A stretch of DNA of 50,655 nucleotides from a virus (IMGVR_UViG_3300025595_000005:1-50655); one strand, 5' to 3'. Shown: positions 11,032 through 24,343, counted from the stretch's first letter. Notes: generated by a model not told the origin, from the letters alone. A program made the numbers and translations.

Positions 11032-11813
11032 TGGATAAGCAATTTATATTTTTAAGTGGATTGCCAAGAACAGGATCTACTTTGTTATCGGCAATTTTGT
11101 CGCAGAATAAAGATATCCATGCCCCAGGAAATTCTCCTGTTTGCCAATTGATGTGGGACATGCACGTTTCTTGTCATAACCCTGCGTCTGAGCAAATACG
11201 GGCTAACAACAGAACAGATGCCATTGATGATCTCATTAGGTCAATTCCAGAAACTTACTACAAACACACAAAGAAGAGCTTTGTTGTTGATAAATGTAGA
11301 TCATGGACTTTACCAGTCAACTTGGATTTGATTCAAAAGCATGTAACCAAAGATCCAAAGATCCTTGTTTTGCTTAGGCCCATTGATGAAATTTTAGTGT
11401 CAATGGCACAGCTTAGAAAAAAAAATGGATGGAAAAGTGATCTATTTACTGGCTTATTGGAGGAAGGGTCGGAACCCATTATGAGATCTCTTGCCGGTGT
11501 AATCAATGCAAAATCGTTGGATACTAATTGGTTTCATTTTGTGAACTACAAAGATATTGTTTATGAGCCATCCACAACGATGAATGGCATTTATGATTTC
11601 TTGAAGCTGCCTAGATTTGAACATGATTTTGAATCAATCACACAAGAATACCCAGAAAACGATTTTGTCTATGGAATGCTTGGGCAGCACGATATTAGAC
11701 CTACTTTGAGTGAGTTGGAAAAAACCTTAAAATTACCAAAGAATTTAGTTAAAAAGTGTCACGTTATAAATCAATATATTTTTGAAGACTATGGCTCACT
11801 TCGCGCAGCTTGA
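11031..11813 (+). CDS. PAPS-dependent sulfotransferase-like protein
   Basis: 5'-PSB loop GLPRTGSTLL; 3'-PB-like LLRP..EILVS; Y.DIV.EP...M..IYDFL; likely start ATG 11031. Confidence 0.8.
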   Translation: MDKQFIFLSGLPRTGSTLLSAILSQNKDIHAPGNSPVCQLMWDMHVSCHNPASEQIRANNRTDAIDDLIRSIPETYYKHTKKSFVVDKCRSWTLPVNLDLIQKHVTKDPKILVLLRPIDEILVSMAQLRKKNGWKSDLFTGLLEEGSEPIMRSLAGVINAKSLDTNWFHFVNYKDIVYEPSTTMNGIYDFLKLPRFEHDFESITQEYPENDFVYGMLGQHDIRPTLSELEKTLKLPKNLVKKCHVINQYIFEDYGSLRAA

Positions 11814-12048
11814 TGAAAACAATGTAGTACTACAAGTCATTGTGATACATAACAATGAAGTAGGAAATTTAGATTTTCCAGAATCTGAATCATTGGGTGT
11901 TGATTTTTGCAAAGCACATTACGGTGATGACACCATTTGGAAGCAGACAAGCTATAACAACAATTTCAGAAAAATATATGCTGGCATTGGTTGTATCTAT
12001 GATCCTGTAGCCGATATTTTTGCAGCACCTAAAATTGAGAGTCCTTAA
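11791..12048 (+). CDS. Conserved phage hypothetical protein (MAHFAQLDENNVV type)
   Basis: WKQTSYN.NFRK.YAGIG..YD motif, usually found beside Gly-rich appendage genes. Confidence 0.7.
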   Translation: MAHFAQLDENNVVLQVIVIHNNEVGNLDFPESESLGVDFCKAHYGDDTIWKQTSYNNNFRKIYAGIGCIYDPVADIFAAPKIESP

Positions 12049-12392
12049 TGGCTAATTCATACGTTTGGTCTATCAATCAATTAGATTCTATTCCACAAGT
12101 TGGTGATTTGACTGACTACGTTGTCATTTCTCATTGGATTTGCACTGGAACTGATGAGGCTGGTAACTTTGGCAATGAGTACGCAATAGCAGAATTTTCT
12201 GTAAATCCTGACAAGCCAGACTACACTCCTTATGATCAACTTACAGAAGCTGAGATCATTCAATGGACACAGGATTATTTAGGGCCTGAGCAGTTAGCTG
12301 ACATTTACGCTAAAATTGACGCTAAGATTGAGGCTCAGGTTAATCCACCCATCATCACGCTTCCACTACCTTGGGTCGCCCAGACTTCATAA
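12048..12392 (+). CDS. Conserved phage hypothetical protein (possible fibre chaperone)
   Basis: YTPYDQLTEAEIIQW and terminal LPW motif. Confidence 0.65.
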   Translation: MANSYVWSINQLDSIPQVGDLTDYVVISHWICTGTDEAGNFGNEYAIAEFSVNPDKPDYTPYDQLTEAEIIQWTQDYLGPEQLADIYAKIDAKIEAQVNPPIITLPLPWVAQTS

Positions 12393-12401
12393 AGGATAAT
12401 C

Positions 12402-16577
<4,176 letters not shown>

Positions 16578-16587
16578 AGGGAAAGGC

Positions 16588-16770
16588 ATGGAAAAAGAAC
16601 ACAACGAATACATTGGCGATATTGTTAACGGCATTGCCAGGGAAGCAGCGTTTTATAAACACAAATGCGCCTCCCTTGAAGCTGAGGTACAATCACTTAA
16701 GCTGGCATTAGGCCAGATCAAGCCACAAGATCCTGATCATTACATCAATCAAGATCACATTCAGCGTTAA
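16588..16770 (+). CDS. Small coiled-coil protein (possible fibre chaperone)
   Basis: 60 aa with heptad pattern, directly after collagen 2. Confidence 0.5.
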   Translation: MEKEHNEYIGDIVNGIAREAAFYKHKCASLEAEVQSLKLALGQIKPQDPDHYINQDHIQR

Positions 16771-16796
16771 CGTCAAAACTATTCAGGGAGATAGCT

Positions 16797-17891
16797 ATGA
16801 CAACTTTGCACCTTCTAGGGCTGTTTCACACAGTCCCTAAAGCATCTTTCAGCCATTGTGCGTTCACTGGTCGTGTTATCCGTTTCGGTAAAATGATGCG
16901 TCCCTTTGGCTATGAAGTCATTGAATACAGTAACGAAGGCACTGAAGCCGAATCTGATGAACACGTTCAGATCCTGTCTGAAGAAGAGTTCTTACCGTTA
17001 CAGGCTAAAATGAAAGCGGCCCCGCCTCATGGGGAAGCATCAACTGACTCAGATATTTATCGCGCCTTTTGCGAAAAGTTAAATCCAGAACTTTTGAAAA
17101 GGGTTAAAAAGGGAGACATTGTTTGTCATCCCTTTGGCCATACTCACGGTTATCTGAAAGACCTTCTTCCACAGGCTTATCACGTTGAGATAGGCATTGG
17201 CTACCCCAGTTGTTTCTTTGATCTTCGTGTCTATGAAACTTATGCTTGGTGGCATTATCATCAGGGGAAAGAAAATAGAAACGGCAAGAATTATGAATGG
17301 GTGTGTCCTATGGGATATGACATTGATGATTGGGAGCCTTCTTATGACGCCGGTAAATACTTGCTTTACTTTGGTCGCGTCATTGAATGCAAAGGTCTTC
17401 AAATAGTTAAGGAAATTGCTGCCAATGTAGATATGCCCGTCATCATGGTTGGAGCAGGCGAACCAGAACTGTTTCTAAGCGACGATATTCCTAACCTAAC
17501 CTACCAGGGGCCTGTCACTGGAAAAGCCCGTAGTGAGCTTCTAAGGGGCGCTTACGCCATGTTAATGCCCACAATCTACACTGAACCATTTGGTGGCGCT
17601 GGTGTGGAAGGAATGCTGTGTGGTACGCCATTGATTGCCAGTGACTATGGTGCGTTCACAGAAACTGTTTCTCATGGCTACAACGGATTCCGCTGTAAGA
17701 CTCTTGGAGACTATTTGGAAGCAGTAAAGATGGCTGGAGGACTGAACCGCCGTGCTATCGCAAGTGAAGCAAGGGCTAAGTACAGCCTCCAGAATGTAGG
17801 GTCACAAATGGATAAGATCTTTAAACAGGTTAAAGCCCTTGACCATAAAGGCTGGTACAGCCTAGAAGCTACGGATGCTATTTGGCAGTAA
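16797..17891 (+). CDS. GT-B fold glycosyltransferase (GT4-like)
   Basis: YFGRVIECKG and EPFGGAGVEGMLCGTPLIASDYGAFTETV (E-x7-E motif). Confidence 0.9.
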   Translation: MTTLHLLGLFHTVPKASFSHCAFTGRVIRFGKMMRPFGYEVIEYSNEGTEAESDEHVQILSEEEFLPLQAKMKAAPPHGEASTDSDIYRAFCEKLNPELLKRVKKGDIVCHPFGHTHGYLKDLLPQAYHVEIGIGYPSCFFDLRVYETYAWWHYHQGKENRNGKNYEWVCPMGYDIDDWEPSYDAGKYLLYFGRVIECKGLQIVKEIAANVDMPVIMVGAGEPELFLSDDIPNLTYQGPVTGKARSELLRGAYAMLMPTIYTEPFGGAGVEGMLCGTPLIASDYGAFTETVSHGYNGFRCKTLGDYLEAVKMAGGLNRRAIASEARAKYSLQNVGSQMDKIFKQVKALDHKGWYSLEATDAIWQ

Positions 17892-18450
17892 ACACGCCAT
17901 AATAAGCCTTCCCAACCGCACTGTTCTCATTAACCTCTTCAACCGTTCCGACACCACCTAGCCACTCATTGAGCAGATGTTCTTTGAGTTCGCTAGGGTG
18001 GCCTGGATGTACGGGTACATCAATCCATTCAAAGATCCTGATGAGAGGTGCATGATCCCATGCGTTTTCTATGATGGCTTTTGGGTCATCAGTATGCTGT
18101 AAGCAATTATAAATCCAGACTTCATCAAAGTCATCACCTACATAAATGTCTCCAGGCTGCTGAATCCAATCAATATCAGCTTCAATATATCTTTGATTAA
18201 CCCAACTAGGATAATCACAAGGATCTAGCACCACCAGATCATTACCGTTGATGCACTTCAACAGAAGTGATGATGGGCCACCACCAATGTCCATAATTGA
18301 TTTTCCTTGCAAATCATAGACAGGCCAATGACCGCCAATTGGGGTGTTAACTAAACCCATTCTATGGGCATAGGTGAGTTGCTTAGTGTCTTCAGAATAG
18401 GTGTTGGCGCAGTTGCCCCACCATGCGGCTTCAAAGTCCTGATCGTTCAT
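17878..18450 (-). CDS. Class I SAM-dependent methyltransferase
   Basis: IMDIGGG motif I; FDEVWIYNCLQHTDDP. Confidence 0.8.
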   Translation of the reverse strand: MNDQDFEAAWWGNCANTYSEDTKQLTYAHRMGLVNTPIGGHWPVYDLQGKSIMDIGGGPSSLLLKCINGNDLVVLDPCDYPSWVNQRYIEADIDWIQQPGDIYVGDDFDEVWIYNCLQHTDDPKAIIENAWDHAPLIRIFEWIDVPVHPGHPSELKEHLLNEWLGGVGTVEEVNENSAVGKAYYGVFTAK

Positions 18451-18634
18451 AAGTTCTCTCTATGTAAAGGGTTTTGGTTCCTTCAGGCAATAACTGCTCC
18501 TCCAGAGTGATAGAAAATCTATCGCCTCTAGATACTTTAATCTCACCAACTGGGACGTACTTTAAATGTCTACGGTTGTAAGAGATGCAATAAGTACTGC
18601 AAATAAGATCAGGAGTTCCATGTTCATTGTTCAT
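18431..18634 (-). CDS. Hypothetical protein
   Basis: Overlap-coupled ORF in the leftward operon. Confidence 0.4.
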   Translation of the reverse strand: MNNEHGTPDLICSTYCISYNRRHLKYVPVGEIKVSRGDRFSITLEEQLLPEGTKTLYIERTYERSGL

Positions 18635-19016
18635 TGTCCGACTGAACTCCATTTTTATACATTTCATAAAGTTTGTTCAGGGGCAGACTGTTTCTTTTAG
18701 AGAACCAATCTCCATTAAAACTCATTGATTGTATCAATTCATGATTCACTTTTATGATTTCTTTAGCGGTTCCACGCTGACGGGCTATAAACGATACTTC
18801 AGTCAAAAAAGAGTGTTTATCAATCAGTTCTTCACAAATTCCTTTTAGTGATTTAACGTCCCTTTTAACTTTTTCAATGTTCTTTAAGGTTTCAATGTTT
18901 TCATTGATTCCATCAACAGATTTTGTGATTTCCTTGTTAGCTTTGATTTTAAAATCATCGAACTTAGCGTCGATATATTTGTATATTAGGATCTCTAGTT
19001 CTCTATCCATCCTCAT
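18624..19016 (-). CDS. Hypothetical coiled-coil protein
   Basis: ATG 19016 overlaps the exonuclease stop (ATGA). Confidence 0.55.
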   Translation of the reverse strand: MRMDRELEILIYKYIDAKFDDFKIKANKEITKSVDGINENIETLKNIEKVKRDVKSLKGICEELIDKHSFLTEVSFIARQRGTAKEIIKVNHELIQSMSFNGDWFSKRNSLPLNKLYEMYKNGVQSDNEQ

Positions 19017-19780
19017 CTCCATGCTGGTAACTTGATTGTTTTTATTTCCTGCGAATAGGCAGGCCAGTGGTCCTTTTCCAAACAGTCTTTGTAAATGTTT
19101 AAAAGTTGAATGCATTCATCACTTCCTTTTTGAATGCTAAAAGCGTCTAGTTCATAAACCGCTACAGCGTAAGGTGGTTCTTTCTCAACACAGATAAAGT
19201 AAAAGTTATCGATATCCATGCCAGCCAATCTATACAAATCCATGTACCAGGCTGCTTGACGGTGATAATTGAACTTTGCTACTGAGTTAGAGAATTCATT
19301 TTCACTGGCTGATTGCGTTGTCTTGAGATCAACAATGATTCCATCTTTACGCAGATAGTCAGCCCTAGCACGAACGTGAACTCCATTGCGTTTTTCAAGG
19401 CAAGACACTTCTGGATCACCGTTTTGAAGCAGACTTTTTGCTAGGGGGTGGGTCCATACAGATTTCTGCATGTTCATCACCATGTCGTACTCAAAAGGAG
19501 TCAGTGACTCTTTGCCTGATTGCTTAAAGTACTCATGGGCTTCTTTACCCGCTTTTGTACGCTTATCAGCATCCAAGACGCCATAGCGGTCATCAAATTC
19601 ATTGGCTTCAAGAATTGCACAGTGAGCAGCACTGCCAATCAAGAATGCCGGAATTGACTTACGCTTGTATCTGAATGAGGCATCGAAGTGAGCAGGTGAT
19701 ACAGCAATCAGATCCAGTCCTGACTTACTGATCCCTACTGAATTGTGATAATCCTCATTGGACATGTCATAACTAATCAT
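19013..19780 (-). CDS. PD-(D/E)XK exonuclease VIII-like (DUF3799-type)
   Basis: ISKSGLD, GSAAHCAILE, RARADY..IVDLKTT, YHRQAAWY motifs; likely start 19780. Confidence 0.85.
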   Translation of the reverse strand: MISYDMSNEDYHNSVGISKSGLDLIAVSPAHFDASFRYKRKSIPAFLIGSAAHCAILEANEFDDRYGVLDADKRTKAGKEAHEYFKQSGKESLTPFEYDMVMNMQKSVWTHPLAKSLLQNGDPEVSCLEKRNGVHVRARADYLRKDGIIVDLKTTQSASENEFSNSVAKFNYHRQAAWYMDLYRLAGMDIDNFYFICVEKEPPYAVAVYELDAFSIQKGSDECIQLLNIYKDCLEKDHWPAYSQEIKTIKLPAWR

Positions 19781-19784
19781 ATTG

Positions 19785-19985
19785 TTACCAATAAACCGGA
19801 CGGTTAAAGCAAGACAAAACGCCAAAGACAATCATTCCCATGACAAACGGCATGAAGGCTTCCTGATGGTTTTCAGCTAAAGACCAAACCGTTCCCAGTA
19901 AACAGATCACAAAGGCTGGTGTTGCCATCATTGTTAGTAATCCAAGCCCAAACATCACAACAATAATCGTAGCTACTGCTGTCAT
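19785..19985 (-). CDS. Small membrane protein
   Basis: 66 aa, highly hydrophobic; SD AGGAG upstream. Confidence 0.6.
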   Translation of the reverse strand: MTAVATIIVVMFGLGLLTMMATPAFVICLLGTVWSLAENHQEAFMPFVMGMIVFGVLSCFNRPVYW

Positions 19986-20025
19986 TTTTTTCTCCTAGGG
20001 GGGGGGCCGTCCTTGGCCCGTATCA

Positions 20026-20280
20026 TTAGAATGGTAGATCTTCCGATACTTCCTTAACTGGCGCTGATGCACCTGGAGCCTTAGGATCAAAGAAAGAAAT
20101 ACGGCAAGCATCCCCAGGCACACCTGCTGGATTAAATGACTTGTCCAACATCAGCACAGTGCCACCATCGTCAAACTGAATCAGTGAGCCTACTGTTGCC
20201 CATTGCTTTTTGGCCTGACCATTACGATCCTGATATTCACGGACGACTACTGCGGCGTCCTTTATCTTTTTTGCAGGCAT
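20026..20280 (-). CDS. Putative ssDNA-binding protein
   Basis: EYQDRNGQ.KKQW..VG and acidic EDLPF tail; next to the annealase. Confidence 0.55.
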   Translation of the reverse strand: MPAKKIKDAAVVVREYQDRNGQAKKQWATVGSLIQFDDGGTVLMLDKSFNPAGVPGDACRISFFDPKAPGASAPVKEVSEDLPF

Positions 20281-20281
20281 A

Positions 20282-20857
20282 TTACTTTTTCTCCATGTTG
20301 TTAGAAATTTCAACTGCGATACCCTTCAGCTTATCGGCAGCATCTGGGTTGGTTTTCTTGAGTAGAGCAACACCTTCCTTCGTTTTGCTTCTCAATTCTT
20401 CTATTGACAAACAGGCTTCCAATTCCTGTTTCCATTTACCTACTAACGCATCAATATCTACGCCAGCAGGACTTGCTGTAACCGCCTCTAAGGCGTCATG
20501 TTCGACGATCTCTAGTGCAGCCACCCACAGGTAGCGCCTAGAGTATGTTTGGCAAGCACCGACCTGCTGAATAGGGTGTGTGCCTTTAAGGGGAGCCTCT
20601 GCCATAGGTGAAGTAATGAAGATGACTCCATCACCTTCTGTCTCATGGATCTGCATCAATGCTTCTTCATCAGTGAAGGAAACAAACGCACACAGACCTA
20701 CTTCATCAAAGATCTGAAGTGCAGGGACCAAGAAGTCACCCAGTTCAAAATATTTGTACCCAGCGAATTTGTTGTGGCCAGTCTTCTCAAGCTTCATCTT
20801 GTGGAACTTGGAACGGGCCTCATTCAGTTTCTTATAAATGGTCATTGTCTTCCTCAT
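20282..20857 (-). CDS. ERF-family ssDNA annealing protein
   Basis: G.NKF..YKYFELGD and Q.VGA.QTY.RRY motifs. Confidence 0.8.
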   Translation of the reverse strand: MRKTMTIYKKLNEARSKFHKMKLEKTGHNKFAGYKYFELGDFLVPALQIFDEVGLCAFVSFTDEEALMQIHETEGDGVIFITSPMAEAPLKGTHPIQQVGACQTYSRRYLWVAALEIVEHDALEAVTASPAGVDIDALVGKWKQELEACLSIEELRSKTKEGVALLKKTNPDAADKLKGIAVEISNNMEKK

Positions 20858-21032
20858 GGTCTAGTGATTGTTCGATGGCGTATTTCTGTGCAATAGCCTT
20901 GTCTAGCAGGTCTTCCAAATTCTCAATGGCGTCACAGATATCTTTGTATTCTTTCTCTAGCTGTTTTTTAGTCATATAGTGCTTTAGCCTTCTCAATGTT
21001 GATCCTAAGTAATCTTCTGCTTTTAGCATCAT
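20832..21032 (-). CDS. Hypothetical protein
   Basis: Coiled-coil-like ORF within the operon. Confidence 0.45.
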   Translation of the reverse strand: MMLKAEDYLGSTLRRLKHYMTKKQLEKEYKDICDAIENLEDLLDKAIAQKYAIEQSLDHEEDNDHL

Positions 21033-21249
21033 TGCTTAACTCACCATAAATTTGATTGTTAGCGTTTTTTATCAGTCCCTCCTTGAACACTTGTGGGTCC
21101 ATATCCAGCAACGATAGATAGTGATCTACTTGATTGCTGATTAGAAATGCTGCCGCATCGACTCCGTAATAAGGGCATGTTTTTGCTTCTTGCACAGCGG
21201 ATTCAATGATCGCGCCGATCAGTCGCCTTTCTGGTAATGCTAAGTCCAT
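20968..21249 (-). CDS. Hypothetical protein
   Basis: SD GGGGAG; first gene after the promoter at 21316. Confidence 0.6.
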   Translation of the reverse strand: MDLALPERRLIGAIIESAVQEAKTCPYYGVDAAAFLISNQVDHYLSLLDMDPQVFKEGLIKNANNQIYGELSNDAKSRRLLRINIEKAKALYD

Positions 21250-21288
21250 AGTCTCCCCGTTGTTTGCACGGTAACACCGTGTAGGACA

Positions 21289-21316
21289 ATGATAGTGTGT
21301 GGGGTCTAGATGTCAA
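21289..21316 (-). promoter_or_regulatory. Sigma70-type promoter
   Basis: TTGACA-N16-TATCAT on the minus strand. Confidence 0.7.
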
Positions 21317-21326
21317 TACCCCTGAG

Positions 21327-21356
21327 AAAAAAAAAGCCCCAGTGGGGTGCTGGGGC
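21327..21356 (-). terminator. Rho-independent terminator
   Basis: GCCCCAG-CACCCCA-CTGGGGC followed by a T9 run. Confidence 0.8.
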
Positions 21357-21409
21357 AAAGGATCGCCAGGAGAGAGGGCTGGCTGAGTGAACAATGAAGA
21401 CTAATTGTA

Positions 21410-21643
21410 TCAGTGAAGATGTTGGTTTGTCTCTTTGTTGTTTAGCTGAATGTTCATTTTTATGGCATCAGACACTACAGTTGCCATTCTTTCAGGCTCA
21501 TCCCAATATTCCATAGCAACGTGAGATAGCAGGGCTGTCAGCATAGTTGCCAGTTCATCTGACTGATCTGATGACAGATCCTTTTCAGCAATCTTTTGAA
21601 AGAACCAGTCCAAAAATGGATCGAACTCATCGTCCGTCAGCAT
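21410..21643 (-). CDS. Hypothetical protein
   Basis: Acidic helical ORF; probable start at MLTDDEF. Confidence 0.5.
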   Translation of the reverse strand: MLTDDEFDPFLDWFFQKIAEKDLSSDQSDELATMLTALLSHVAMEYWDEPERMATVVSDAIKMNIQLNNKETNQHLH

Positions 21644-21848
21644 TTTGCTCTTTGGACTCAACCAGTTCTTCAATGCTTGGGAGATCAATGTCATCACGGT
21701 TTACCTTCCGATAGCGCATATGTTTATCAAGACAATTAAAAATAAAGCCAGAAATAGAGATGTATTCTCTTTCTGCAAGCGCCTCTACCCGCTCATAAAG
21801 CTTTAGAGGCATACGAACACTGATGGACTTTGTTTCTTTCTTAGACAT
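21627..21848 (-). CDS. Ribbon-helix-helix (Arc-like) DNA-binding protein
   Basis: SISVRMPLKLYERVEALAERE..SISGFI. Confidence 0.75.
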   Translation of the reverse strand: MSKKETKSISVRMPLKLYERVEALAEREYISISGFIFNCLDKHMRYRKVNRDDIDLPSIEELVESKEQNADGR

Positions 21849-22494
21849 GGCCGCTCCTTAACGCCTTCCAACTAACTGGAAAGAGTTTTACCATGTATGC
21901 GTCAATTTCTCTAGCGACATCCGCTGTCTCTTTTTGGGCATAAGGAGCAAGACGCTGATTACAGACCCTAGCGAATAAAGCCACTGATCCGGTCCACACC
22001 CAAGTAGTCTCAGTGCAAATCGGCAGGACTGCCCTAGCTTGCTCAGGACAGACCCCTGACAACAAAAGATCATCATATAGCTGAAGGCATGTACTCATTG
22101 TTTTTTCAATGAAACTTCTCATAGATGTGTCCATGGGGATTAAATCACTGGCTGACCCTTGTTTTACATTTTCAGCACGTTTTCTCCATTCAGTAGGGAC
22201 ATCAAGGGTGATGCCATAATCTACATAGCGCCTACTGATTTCGTTTACTGATCCACCGATTTGGTGTTTAGCTAACTGTCGGGCCACATAGATCGGCATA
22301 GTCACCCTGAATGACGCTGAAGCGTGTGTAAAGGGCGTCCAATGTCCGTGTGATGCAAGATAGTTAATCAACTTAACATCCGCTTCTAAGATGTTTCCGT
22401 TCTCATCGTAGGAAGACACTTTGTGGAAACTGCACCTGGCGGCATTGACGATAGAAATGTCGTTGCCCATGTGATCAATAAATTCTACTTTCAT
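21841..22494 (-). CDS. thyX: Flavin-dependent thymidylate synthase
   Basis: IVNAARCSF, HWTPF, ARQL.KH..NE.SRRYV, CPEQARAVLP, AQKE motifs. Confidence 0.9.
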   Translation of the reverse strand: MKVEFIDHMGNDISIVNAARCSFHKVSSYDENGNILEADVKLINYLASHGHWTPFTHASASFRVTMPIYVARQLAKHQIGGSVNEISRRYVDYGITLDVPTEWRKRAENVKQGSASDLIPMDTSMRSFIEKTMSTCLQLYDDLLLSGVCPEQARAVLPICTETTWVWTGSVALFARVCNQRLAPYAQKETADVAREIDAYMVKLFPVSWKALRSGHV

Positions 22495-22652
22495 TTGTTC
22501 AATGCCTTGTGAAAAAGTATAAGCGTTCTCAATTCATCCAAAAGTTCTCTAATCTCTTTTTCTGTTAGTTTCTGTAAATGCAATGTTCCTTTAGACATTA
22601 CTGCAACATAAAAAAACCCGTTTGTTTCATTAAATGCAACGTAAGGCGTCAT
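22491..22652 (-). CDS. Small hypothetical protein (53 aa, not in the ORF track)
   Basis: MTPYVAFNETNGFFYVAV...HKALNK; stop overlaps the thyX ATG. Confidence 0.5.
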   Translation of the reverse strand: MTPYVAFNETNGFFYVAVMSKGTLHLQKLTEKEIRELLDELRTLILFHKALNK

Positions 22653-22728
22653 TTTGGTTGCTGCTCATAAAATGGTTTGTGTCTCATAAGGTTCATGTTT
22701 TGAGACGTTATGTTTTGTAGCCGTTGGG

Positions 22729-22806
22729 CTACGATTCCTCCCTGCGTACTTCACCAGTATTGGGGTCGTATGAAAAAAGCTCTTTTACTTTCTCTTGTGT
22801 AAGCAT
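22729..22806 (-). pseudogene. N-terminal remnant of an HNH(-AP2) homing endonuclease
   Basis: MLTQEKVKELFSYDPNTGEV then a stop after 25 codons; resembles the typical MLTQ..LKEL..YDPETG start of phage HNH proteins. Confidence 0.55.
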
Positions 22807-23129
22807 CACGGCATCTCCTGACCTATAACTGCGGCTGCACGAACTATGGCTCTACGGGTTGCGGCGTAGGGGTCGTCTCCTTCTTCTCTAATGTTTACTC
22901 TAGAATCGCTGAAGCAAATTACATCAGCCTTGATTGTTTGATGGATTGGTATGCTGATCCCCATATTTAACTTCACCGCAAGGCGCAGAGCATCGCCATC
23001 GTCGAGTAAAGGATTCCAGAAAGCATCAGTCTCAGCGCACCATGGATAGTACTGGTCATCATCGTAATGCTCTTCTAGGTTATACCCTGCCGCTTTCGCA
23101 GCTAGGGTAAGGAGTTCTTTGTCGTTCAT
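22806..23129 (-). CDS. Conserved phage hypothetical protein
   Basis: WNPL.DDGDALRLAVKL...AATRRAIVRAAA motif. Confidence 0.75.
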   Translation of the reverse strand: MNDKELLTLAAKAAGYNLEEHYDDDQYYPWCAETDAFWNPLLDDGDALRLAVKLNMGISIPIHQTIKADVICFSDSRVNIREEGDDPYAATRRAIVRAAAVIGQEMP

Positions 23130-23410
23130 TCTTCCTCCTCCCATTCGACGCGGACGCAGGCTACTCTTCCAATACCTTCGTTTTTGTCTGCGCTTTCTTT
23201 TGTGTCATGAATAATTGCGTAGTCGTCATCTTTATAAACATTCACCCACCCCTCTTTCTTCACGCGCTTGGGTTTGATGCGGTAGTTCACAGTTTCGTAC
23301 CAATCAGGCTCATTGATATCTATCCAACTTCCTTTGTGTTCGTATTGAATCTCCTCACCATTTGCCCACGCGACGATTACATCGTAGTGTTTGTGTTTAG
23401 TTCCCATCAT
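23126..23410 (-). CDS. Conserved phage hypothetical protein
   Basis: HKHYDVIVAWANGEEIQ...YRIKP motif. Confidence 0.7.
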   Translation of the reverse strand: MMGTKHKHYDVIVAWANGEEIQYEHKGSWIDINEPDWYETVNYRIKPKRVKKEGWVNVYKDDDYAIIHDTKESADKNEGIGRVACVRVEWEEEE

Positions 23411-23792
23411 CCCCTCCTATTCCATGCTGCTTCTCAGCCAATCGGACACCTTGTTTGAAAGCTGTGTATGAAGAAAACATAGACCCGTCCAATTCAAATT
23501 TAGAATCAATCTCCTCCTCCGTCATCGGCTTCCTTGCTGGCGAGGGTCTGGTGTATAGGGGGATATCTTTATTCCCCCACAATGGTTCTGCATACATATA
23601 GCAAGACACTTCATCCTTTAATGCGCCTAATTCTTCTGGGTTTGTCCACGCCACAGGCTCCGCTTCTGGCTCGGCGGTGAGGTAAGCGCGGATGTCTCTA
23701 AGCAGCGGCTCACTTTCTGGCTCAAGTGTCGGATACCAAAACTCCAAAGCATTAAGCGCCCGTCTCAGCAGTTCGGTTGCGTTACTCATCAT
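23397..23792 (-). CDS. Modular accessory protein (Ea22/DUF551-like class)
   Basis: EPVAW, PLYT and RKPMTEEEI modules. Confidence 0.6.
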   Translation of the reverse strand: MMSNATELLRRALNALEFWYPTLEPESEPLLRDIRAYLTAEPEAEPVAWTNPEELGALKDEVSCYMYAEPLWGNKDIPLYTRPSPARKPMTEEEIDSKFELDGSMFSSYTAFKQGVRLAEKQHGIGGDDGN

Positions 23793-24150
23793 CCCCTCCT
23801 ATCCCGTGGTGCTTTTCTGCAAACCGGACGCCTTCTGCAAACGATCTTTCGCAATAATGCTCATTCGTTGCAATCTCTTCGTCTATCTCCTCCTCCGTCA
23901 TCGGCTTTCTTGCTGGCTCGGCTTTTGGCGATGCATACACAGCTTTATAGTCGTAATAGTCTACTGGCTCTTCTTCAACAAACTCCCACCAGCCAAGCCC
24001 TGCATCCCATAGTAAATAGCCAATAGGATTAGAGTCAGTTGATTGATCTTGTTCTTTAAGTGCTTGTTCCATAACCTCTTTCGGTGTACAAGTGTGTACA
24101 TCTGCTGGGTTTGTTTTGCCGCATCGTGGGCAGAGGGTGTTAGTTGTCAT
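23782..24150 (-). CDS. Modular accessory protein with N-terminal Zn knuckle
   Basis: CPRCGK.NPADVHTC and RKPMTEEEI; likely start 24150. Confidence 0.6.
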   Translation of the reverse strand: MTTNTLCPRCGKTNPADVHTCTPKEVMEQALKEQDQSTDSNPIGYLLWDAGLGWWEFVEEEPVDYYDYKAVYASPKAEPARKPMTEEEIDEEIATNEHYCERSFAEGVRFAEKHHGIGGDDE

Positions 24151-24328
24151 CTTTCTTCCTCCCCTTAAACCTAACCCCTCGCGCTTCCAAGGCATCCATA
24201 GCTTTTTCACGTTCTTCTGGTTCCATAGCCTCCAACTCCCGCATGAGGCCCCCTGATATGATGGCGAAGAAATCCCTCGTCTCATCTGGACTCATCACAG
24301 GGCTTAAACTTTTATCTCCCATATTCAT
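24140..24328 (-). CDS. Hypothetical protein
   Basis: 62 aa; SD GGAG upstream. Confidence 0.5.
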   Translation of the reverse strand: MNMGDKSLSPVMSPDETRDFFAIISGGLMRELEAMEPEEREKAMDALEARGVRFKGRKKDDN

Positions 24329-24343
24329 CTTTCTTACTCCAAA

